A stretch of DNA of 64,000 nt from Lingula anatina. Its lineage: Eukaryota > Animalia > Brachiopoda. The notes under the pieces were generated by a model, which saw only the letters and a program-made list of their open reading frames with translations, was not told the origin of the DNA and searched no databases. The position numbers were made by a program, and so were the translations under genes. Positions 54,485-64,000 of the stretch are shown in pieces. Location: positions 16,678,001 through 16,742,000 of the forward strand of contig CM120640.1 in NCBI GenBank assembly GCA_051362555.1, given 5' to 3'. The number at the start of each line of letters is the position of its first letter. Within the stretch, counting starts at the first letter, position 1.

Positions 54485-57400
54485 TCAAATATTCAAGGTG
54501 TATGTGACTTTCGTTGTTGGGCTCTGCGCTGGAGACGCTTGTTGCCTCTGAAACTCTCTCTCTTTCCTTGGCGTCACAGTGTCACCGGACGGGCTGAAGG
54601 CCTTGAACTCTATCCCAGAATCACTCCCAGTGGATCGTCTCGTTTCCATGTCATCACAGTACGTATCTGAAGATGCGCAGTTAATTTCCACCCCCGAATC
54701 CGACCTCAGCAGCCTCCCTTCGGCCCCCATCCTCGTTCTGACGGGGGTCGGAATCCGTGTAGGAGGTCCCCCTCGATCATCTCGCCTGGGTTTCGCTATA
54801 CTGAAACAGTAACTGGCCATCCTTGGACTTAAGGAGAAGTTTGTTAAATCACCCACAGAAGCGTTCCGTTTGGAGAGGAATTCTTTTTCTTTGGAATCTA
54901 ATAGTTCGTTTCTCTGAGTTGCATATCTTTCATCACTAGCTTCTAAAGCAGAGAGTTCATTACAAGAACTCGAGTGGGTCATCCCTGTGCCCCCATTTCG
55001 AGATTGAGCCCTTTCCTCGACGCGGTAGGTTCGAAACAGGGCTTCCATTTCTTCGTAGTCTTTTTCTAATTGTCTTTGAGCCTCGTCTACTATCTCATCG
55101 TGCTCTGATGGGTCAGTAATCGACTGGCTTCTTCTATGGGACCTTCTGTTTTGTGAATTAAATGTCGAACACGCAAGTTTTATTTCTTGGGAACGTGTTA
55201 ATGGCTTGCCAAAATTGTACGTGCTCAAACTGTTTCGACCCGCAGTCTTCCGAGTAGAATTTTTTCCATCGTAACTCCCAAAGTTATTTTCAGCTACATT
55301 TTCCCTGCTGGAGCTCCTGCTACGCGGCGATTTGACGGTGCCTGAAGCGGAAAACGATGACTTGTTACTCTGGGATGCTAAATCTTTCAGATCTTTCTCA
55401 ACGGAGTTCCCTCGTCGAAGATTTGGCGTTCTTCTTCCGGAGACTGGCGTTTTATCTGTGCTTCTTGAACTCAATGGCCCTGATTCACTGGTTCTAGGAG
55501 AGGCTTGGTTTACTTTAGTAGCGTTTGCCATGATCTCTGTCAGTTCGTTTTCAGAATTTTCTCTACTAAATGTTGGAGTTTTTCTTCCACTTTCTGGTCG
55601 TTTCACAAATCCCATAGGCCCCTGCAGACTGCCCCTGGGTGTAACTGGTTGTTTTCCCTGTCTTTGTGCAGGTTCAGGGGTGCTCGGTCGAGAGCGACGT
55701 TGGTATATCGTCCCCGGTTCACTGGTGCTAGGAGAGGTAACTGGCTTTGCTTGTGATTGCGTGTCTTCTTGATCCAAGGAATTTTGTCTTACCATTGGAG
55801 TTGGTGTGCGTGATCGTACATGTGATTGTCCAACATTGCTGCTTCCGTCTTTATGGCCCATGGATACTGGAGTTTGGCGACCTGACCGATATGTTGACGC
55901 GTTTCCCATTCCAGAAGCAGACCCACGTCTAGGTGTTGTTTTATTTTCCTGCTTGTCTGGAATGTCTCTTTTTATTTCGTGGCAGCCGCTTTGATTTCGC
56001 GTAATGTAAAGTTCTGCCTGGCCACTTTCGTCCCTGGGCGAGCGCGCCAACGCCTTAACTGGTTGCGGCGTGGACGGGCGGATTCTAGATGGCGGTCTTT
56101 CCTCTCTGCTGGTTGCTGCTTTTTGTTTTTCCAGTAAGTTGCTGCTGCTTATACTACGCTTAATGTCTGAACTTTTCTTCGATGATTGTTCTTCAGATTC
56201 CGTTGCAGATTTTCTTGATAAATTATGTCTTCCTGAGGAGTTCCTTGATATGATGAGTCTTTCCTCTTCGTTGGGCCGTGGGGAGTATCTTATCCTGCTT
56301 GAGCTGAAAGTGGGCGTGGAGGGTCGCATGCGTTCCACTGTGGCGGCTGAGCGAGATCTCTGGCGAGAAGCTTCTTCTCGAGATGGAGACCGCCGTGTGT
56401 TGGGTTCAGAAGGCGCGAGGGACATCGACCTTGGCGAAGGACCAGACCCAAGTCTTCTGTGGGGCCTCAAATCCTCCGTAGACTCCGGTCTAGATAGATT
56501 TGCCGAATCGGAGCGCCGTCTAGTTTGTTGTTGTTGTTGTCCGATTTTGTCAGACGACATTGATTTTGGAAAGTTTCTGCCTTTTGAATCTTGAGGCTTG
56601 TTTTTACCCGATAAACTGGACAGCAAATTTTCGGTGCTACGATACTTCCTATCTTGTGCGCGTAGTGTAGTTTGACTAGAACGTAGAGTTGGTGTTTGTG
56701 GACGGTTGGTTGTGGCAGACGACCGCCTGGTTGTAGAACTGAAAATGATAAAACACAATAACTTGGATTTTGTAACTTAGATGCTATTTCACAGACTTCC
56801 TTACAAAGATCTCTCCTAACCTCTGCAATATCAATTGATCTGTACGGACAATGTGTGAACAACGAGGAAAATAACATTTTTTCGATAGGTGAAGCACCGT
56901 GCTTGTGAAAAGGGACTAGTTGAACCTTGGCGGTCATTTTAGTAAGGCACTGTCTTATCTTGCAATTACAAGGATGAGCCTTATTTTTTAGACAACATGA
57001 CTTATCTTAAATATCCCTTTGCCCGTCTGAATCACCTCTATAACAGACTACGTTAAAAACGTTATTTCACCAAGGGTTCACCTTATGCACAGACGATAAT
57101 GTAAATTAGACCACTTTATTGATTACCTTTGGTTTTGATTTACAGTTGTGGCAGACGGGCCGCCATTCGAGAGGCGAGGCTGATACACGGAAAGCTGTGG
57201 CCCCGGAACGGGCGAAGAGCTGCGACGCTTGGGCGGTAATGGCTGAGGCGGTATGCGGTGGCCTAAAGTACAAATAACATTTGTATAGCAATATGGCTAA
57301 ACTATGCACAGTGAAATATCTTTATATCAAATTTTAAGGCAGTTGACTAAACATATTCTGTGGGCAGGAATGCACACAACAGGAAAATGTGAGAAATAAG

Positions 57401-60400
57401 CATTACTTTAATGAATGAAATGAAAAATGTTGTGCATGGTAAAATCGTTGCTTTTCGGACAAAACCAACACAGATATATATCCATCTTTAAAAGTAACTG
57501 ATGTGTCTGCCTGTGTTAGTTCCTGTCTTGATCTATCAAGTCGGAATGATGTCTTACCTAGAGATTTGCACCTGCAGGGGTCATGCTTATCCAGGTAGTG
57601 CTGTAGAGTATCCCAGCCACCGCCAACACGAACCATGACGTGGTTACGGAGAATCTGTGGAAGAACAGTTTACATGTATAACTACATGTAGCAGATAACA
57701 CGGTACAGTGTTTATTTCTGTGTTTACGTGAAATGTTTATTGCCTGACACCGTCGTCAATGTAAGCAGCTCAAAACCCGATGAAAGTATTAGACTGAGCC
57801 GACGTGGCTAAGAAGCAGATCATTTCAAACCTTTTGTAAAGGATCGGATTAAATGGTTTGAAAGAAATAATATTCCAATTACATGTATTGTATTGACAGA
57901 ATCACTTAGTAACGAAGAGTATGGCAATTAAACAAGGTTTTTTATCTACCGGTGTAAATAGCATCATGCTTGTCAATGCCATGGTTAGAACTAAGCCCTT
58001 CCACGTGTCGCCACCAATTTAAAGAGTAAGCTGTTCCCTAAGTGCACCTATATCAAGAACATAACGTTAAATGTTGCTGTACTTACCCTGACAAAAATGA
58101 GTGTTTTTGAGTTCCCTACTCTGTATTTTCCCTCAGACACACGGACCATAGGAAATTGAGACGGACAGGAGCAGACGCTAAGAGCAGCGCTCACCTGAAA
58201 GAAAATAAAAAAAAACTGTATTAATAAAAAGTGTTTTGATCTATTTTGAACAAGTCAATGTGTTTTTAACTATTTGATTCCATAATTTAAATTCTATAAC
58301 TACTTGATTTTTTACACATTACTCAATTAATATTGAGAAATGTAAACAGTTAATATGACCTATTTAGCCTAACCCAATAAAACGACAAATTTATTACTTA
58401 AGTTAAAATCAAATCATATACATGAAATCAAATTTATCGTCACATTTGTGTTATTGATATTAAGGTATTTTGGATCTTTGTGTGAAGGTATTCAATTCGG
58501 CAAGTTGCACCTGTGCAATTCCCTTTTGTAAATCTATATACAGCATGTGCCCATAAAATCTATAAAAAGCTTGAGCTTATTTTAGAATCTGGGAATCTCG
58601 CCAATCCCACATGAGACCTCTTTATCAAGTAATCTTCGTTTCTTTTCACTTATCTGAGCCTATAGGTTTAAGTTAATGGGCGTGTTACAATACCAGCCTC
58701 TAGAACTACTCGAATATTGTTACTGTATTGTTTATTTGGCAAACGTAATTATTGGGTCACCAATTTAAAGTATCATATTTTCAGGGGGTCTTATCTCGTC
58801 TTGACACACGGCCTCTAGCGGTACAATGCTTCCTTTCTGAGTCTGTATTTGCCCAGTGGCAGTTGATATCGCACAGCTATTGACCGTTAATCAGTGCCCC
58901 AATATTTGAGCAGAAGTCTTTATGCCGTAGAAGTTAATGCGGTACACTATCAAAGTTTACCGATAGAAAATGATAGGACAACAACTGTTTACCCAGAAGC
59001 TTTCTTTTCATAAGTATTGCAAGTTTGTATCCTTCTGAGGCTCGAGGCATTTGCTGTCATGTTTCACATGGATATGACGATGTAAACAATGAACAGCAAC
59101 ATGAAACAAGGAAGTGAACTTGTAAAAAGGAAAGTTAATATCATGTCACTTTGTGGTCCTAGTAAACCACAAGATTTCACTTACAAAATACACATATATT
59201 GGCAAGCCATTTAGAGAAATGACAAATTACTTTACATAAACTCACTTAATTGCGCCAGTGGACGCCTGAAACTGTTCCAGTTTTGTTAATGTTGCAAACT
59301 GGGTTGACGCCTAAACTAAGTCCACTGGCATTCACGTGTGCACTTGTCACAGATTGGAATAACTTGTATCTTTGATCCACACATATGCGGACTCTGGGGA
59401 GGAAAAGAACCTTCGACCATTTTTTAAAGCAGCTGCACGCAATGAACGTCACAGCTGTCTGTGATTACTTTTAACAACGTTCGCATGGACGCAATCAACA
59501 TTAACTTCTGTTACCACGGCAGCGTTCAATATTTATTCACTTTGTATTTTAGACTTCATCCTCACCCTCACCCTTCCCAACATCATCACCGTCACTACCT
59601 AATACGTGCACCAAATTCCCTGTCATGACCCTGTGTGTGAGACCGTCAGCAGGTGTTTGTGAATCGTGGTTCACACCTGTCCTTTCTCCTGATCTAAGTC
59701 GTGTTCTCATGTATTAGTTTTTTATTCTGTTTTATTTTATTTAGTTATTTATTCTGCGATTTTTCCAGCTATACCCATGTTGATACCAATAAATCGAATT
59801 TTAAGCATCAGGCGCTCTGCCTTTTCTTGCTTTTTATTACAGAGCAACTTCCATCAAAAGATAAGAATGCCAAGCTATATGATTCCAAGAAGTGTTTTGA
59901 TGAACATTTTTTATCGGTTGAGTAATATTTCAATGGCTGTCAATTCTATATTTGGCTGAGGTTAAATTATCTGACCAACTCTCTATTTCTGTTTCTCTCT
60001 ATGATATGACTTAGTTATTGACCAAAGGGTTATATAAAATGTACAACTCCTACTCACCATATCGTCCAATGACATATGATCATTGTAAATTATCTGCCTG
60101 AAGGGTTCTGGCTCTTCACCTGCTATCTCCATCTCTATCTCCTCCTCCATCTGGACCAAGATGGGGGCCAGCATCCCAAACTTTGCCCCCTTACGAGCCA
60201 CCTCCAGGAGACACAGTATCACGCTCTTCTCGTTTTTCCTCAGTACGAGATCGTCCGTCTCAAACAGCAGTACGTCCATGATGCCCAGGCCCCGACACCA
60301 GGCGATGAAGTTAGAGATATTATCACGGGCTTGGAATGACTTTGGTTTCACATTTTCTCGGTACTGGACCTCCCCGCGTGGAAACTTCACGTTGGCAAAG

Positions 60401-60675
60401 TTCGGAGATCCGGGGTGCTGTTTCTCGTATTCCTTGGCGTACTGCTGCACGTTGTTTGCATGTTTACACAGAAGAACACCAGTGTCCAAAACTTCGAAGA
60501 AATTATCTACCAGAATTTCTAAACCTTCGTAGAGGGTTTTAAACCACTCTGCCAAATCCTCTTTCATGGCATATAAATACTCATCTTTGGTTTTGAAGGG
60601 CCTGAAGGCGCGAGGTTCTAACTTTACAATCTCATCGGAATCTATTTCCATGGAACCACTTCGTTCGTGAGCCAT
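54485..60675 (-). CDS. GAS2-like protein (CH domain, GAR domain, long Ser/Arg/Pro-rich tail; GAS2L/pigs family), ~1070 aa
   Basis: Exons 60675-60058 ([20 protein letters not shown]...[12 protein letters not shown]...[15 protein letters not shown]...[25 protein letters not shown]), 58194-58087 ([20 protein letters not shown]...IFVR), 57654-57558 ([29 protein letters not shown]), 57262-57127 and 56738-54485. Phases are consistent (3213 nt). Confidence 0.93.
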
Positions 60676-62444
60676 GACTTATGGTTTCCTATGTCTCATT
60701 GCTTGCTGACATACATGGTGTTTGATTAGAGCATGTTTCCTAAGGTTATCACACGCGCGTTTTAAGTGGGACGCAATGAGGCCAGTTAAGCGGTCACGAT
60801 ATCGTCATGATATGTAGACTGCTACGTGCTTGTTCCCAGCAGTTTAAATATACTTAACTGATCTCGGCGTCTCTTAAAAAACTGAAAAATGTTTCGACAG
60901 TAAGGCCCCGTTATAACTTCAAATGCAGCAACCAGCTGTTTGTCTCCCTTACATAAAAGTCGCTAATTGTTTGTGAAACTCCAAAGTTCTTTGCATGTGG
61001 ACCGAGGGGTTTTGTTTGTCAAAGTGCAGCAACGAATCCTGAAAAAGCGAAAAATAATTGTTCAAAAATTTAATGGCATTTGCGATAAATGACGTCATTA
61101 ATTTCAGGTGACTGATTGGGAATATAAATAAGGGTCCGGTAGTAGAGTAATAAAACAAGTAAAACTAGCATTACCATTCGTTGTCTTTACTTAGTATGTG
61201 CATTAATTAAAATAAGCGCAATTTAAAACAAACTGTGGCTAAATATTTAACATGTCTACAGCAAACTATTTGACCCTTTTAGTAACAAAGTTGAAAGCAT
61301 TATAAAAGGTGACAGTTTTAACGTGGCAACGTACAAAATCGGTATCTACAAGCGGGATTGTCGTTTTGACTACTAGTATCGTTGTCAAAACTTAGCCACA
61401 TGAAAACCAGGACCCAGATGGGTCCTAGATAAAAAAAAAGAACGTCGAATGTTGTTCTGATAATTATTTTGTACACTTGAATTACTCACAGCTAATCTAC
61501 AATCTTATTGGGACAACTAACCAGTAGATTTCCAGTACTCGGCTGACTACTGTCTCAGAATATATTGTGACGCACAATTTTAGTGGCGATGTTTCAGACC
61601 GCAATCGAGGCACTTACAGTACATCTTACATCCGCCTTTGTCATTCAGTTTTACGGTCAAGTATATCTCAGTTGATGTGAACTTTATCTTGCGGAACCAT
61701 ATATTCCTTAATATGTATTATTAGAGGATTCATACAGATGGAGCAGTACAATTTGTGCTTTTCGTATTGCCGCCGTGGTTATAATAGGGATAATGATACA
61801 CATTTGTATACTTTACACCTGGCGACTATATGATTTTGAACCTTATGCATATGCTTTTTTTCTGTCACTTTGGCAAGCTGCCACCAGTGAACATTTCATT
61901 GTGTTTTTCAATTTATTAATAGGATTTGCAGCCGATTGCGACAGTATTCTCGAGATATCTTTTGCTTCTTTTTTTAATTTTGTAAAGCAAATGTCTGAAA
62001 ATTTGTTAACCTATCAGATGCATCAGTTCGAAATATCTAGCCAATATCGACCTGCGTGAGCTATCAGTACCTACCATTATAAAGATCTCTATTCAATACA
62101 CATATATATATAGAAATTTTGGACCAGCCCTCATCAGGGGATAGAGTCCTCTGAAAATGGCACCTGTCACGGCTAATAGGAATTTAATCAAATTTCCAAT
62201 CACACGCTTGGCCCTACTACTATATTATGCTATACCCTAAGCTTGTCGTCGCCGTGTAATGCGATGTAACATGGCGTTAAGTGGGTGTAGTTGTCAGGTT
62301 ACGCTGTCTTGTCATTTGTTATCGTCTCTGTGCATAATGCAAGGTCCACTTCACACTGATAGATGACACTTCACTGGTAGTGAGGAATGACAAGCACGTC
62401 AACGCCTCCAATTATAAACCAGTGCTTTGTAGCCCCTAGTCCCC

Positions 62445-62447
<3 letters not shown>

Positions 62448-62492
<45 letters not shown>

Positions 62493-62535
62493 GTGTGATT
62501 GAGTGTGTGTGTTAATGTGTGTGTGTGTCACTGTT

Positions 62536-62571
<36 letters not shown>

Positions 62572-62577
62572 ACTGTC

Positions 62578-62615
<38 letters not shown>

Positions 62616-62650
62616 TGTGTGTTTCACTGTCTGCGTGTGTGTGAGAGAGA
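62448..62650. repeat. Compound (CT)n / (GT)n microsatellite
   Basis: About 20 CT units followed by interrupted GT tracts with a repeated cactgtytgc spacer. Confidence 0.95.
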
Positions 62651-64000
62651 GAGGCAGAGAAAAGGGAAAGGACCATGGCATATGTTGAACTGACTTAATA
62701 CACATGGTGATGGTGGGGTGAGGCCATCAACGGTCAACTTTTACTTGTCACAATCGGCAGAAAAATTCTATATTTGTCCTATATTGCTCGTACAAAACTC
62801 ACAAATTATTATAATCAAATTGGTAAATGTCATCATATATTCCGAATATAACAATGAAGGGTGTGGCTGCTGCCCTGGGGCGGCTGTTAATCATGATATT
62901 CGGCGCCCCATCCTTTCTATTCTTGCGTCGGTTCAGTTTCCTGCACACTAAATTGAAAAAGTGCACAGGCAATTAAAGGTCCTTACGTGTGTCAGATTTC
63001 AAAATGATTTTCACGTTATTTAAAAGCATAAACGTAAACATTGAAATATAAGGACAAGAGGAAAACTATACTGATGGTAAAAGTTGTTGGGGGGGGGGGG
63101 GGGCATATTTTAGACAAATAGAAATATACTTCCTTTCTCTTGAATCAAGCTAATACTAATGCCCATTCCGTACAAAAATATTGCTGGATAAGTAAAAGTC
63201 AGAACGCTGAAATGGGAGACGGTAGTAGCTCAACTTTTTCTTTTAATTTCAACTGGTGATGAAAAAAAGATAAATTATTAAATACGCGTGTAAAAGGAGA
63301 TGGCACTGACAAGGCGGTTGGTCAGTCATATGAAGGATGTTTATGATTGTGGGGTATATAGTAAATACTCAGACCGTGGAGGCCATGTGAAGAGAGAGAT
63401 ATTATCCTAAAATTGCTGCTAGCGTTGCTAAAAGTCGCTTTTTGTATTGTCCGTGCTGAGCGGGAAGAGAAAATGATCATGTTCAACAGGAAAAGAATGA
63501 CATTTAAGTCCGTTGAGTGTCATCCAATTGAGGATGTGCGACTTTGAAAAAAAAAAAGATAATCAAGCCACTTTGGCCTGGTAGTGAAATTTGATTATAT
63601 ATTTAAACATAAACTGTGTAAAAATCGCTTTCAAATAACCACATCTTATAAATTATAATTCAACTCAAACAAGAAAGTCGTAATACATCTCTGAAACGCG
63701 AACTATTACAAACGTGTAGCTTAAAGTGGTTCCGACGAACAACATAAATCTCGTTACACTGGCATCTTTACCGGAGCACTCTTCATCATGAGCAATCTTA
63801 CGTACGAGAATATTGCTCCTACGACCATTATTCAAACAGCGCCTGGTAGATTCCTTGCTTTTTATACGATCTACGGGATATAACCTTACCATGTAGCACT
63901 GTCTGACTAATTCATCCTATATAGTGTATCCTATCTGGACCATCTTTTTTCTTGAATCCTCTCCATGTGATCACCTAAATATTCCGGGTCTACAGGTTAA

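Noticed and set aside
54579-56937. Multiple ORFs overlapping the GAS2-like last exon, including 174 aa (+) and 156 aa (-)
   Set aside because: Shadow or alternative-frame ORFs of a low-complexity coding exon, with no recognisable motifs.
62436-62705. His/Thr- and Val/Cys-repeat ORFs (also 15940-16188)
   Set aside because: Translations of dinucleotide microsatellites.

Overview
AT-rich, intron-containing animal genomic DNA. It is probably from a lophotrochozoan invertebrate such as a mollusc; this is inferred from gene style and repeat types, not proven. Eight host genes can be assembled by hand, seven from GT-AG exons with consistent phases: a 12-Cys Ly6/uPAR three-finger protein (+), SREK1IP1 (-), SAP18 (+), SOBP (-), STRAP (-), CHMP2B (+) and a GAS2-like CH+GAR cytolinker (-). 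The eighth is an intronless, divergent, C-terminally truncated Hsp70 (-). Mobile DNA includes a very young gag-deleted Gypsy element (identical 119-bp LTRs, GTTTT TSD, tRNA-Leu PBS) in CHMP2B intron 3, a ~6.7-kb Helentron/HINE-like higher-order tandem array in STRAP intron 3, several MITE families, a 115-bp direct-repeat (B-A-B) element and an RTE-like LINE fossil. The most unusual items are the Hsp70 (altered nucleotide-binding and linker motifs, an apparent fossil of its lid in the 3' UTR, a STAT/ETS/X-box-like promoter), the capsid-less Gypsy with intact pol, and a possible CAGTAG/uORF switch in the SREK1IP1 leader. No wholly new multi-gene system could be demonstrated from the sequence alone. 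All homology calls are from recognised motifs; no database searches were run.
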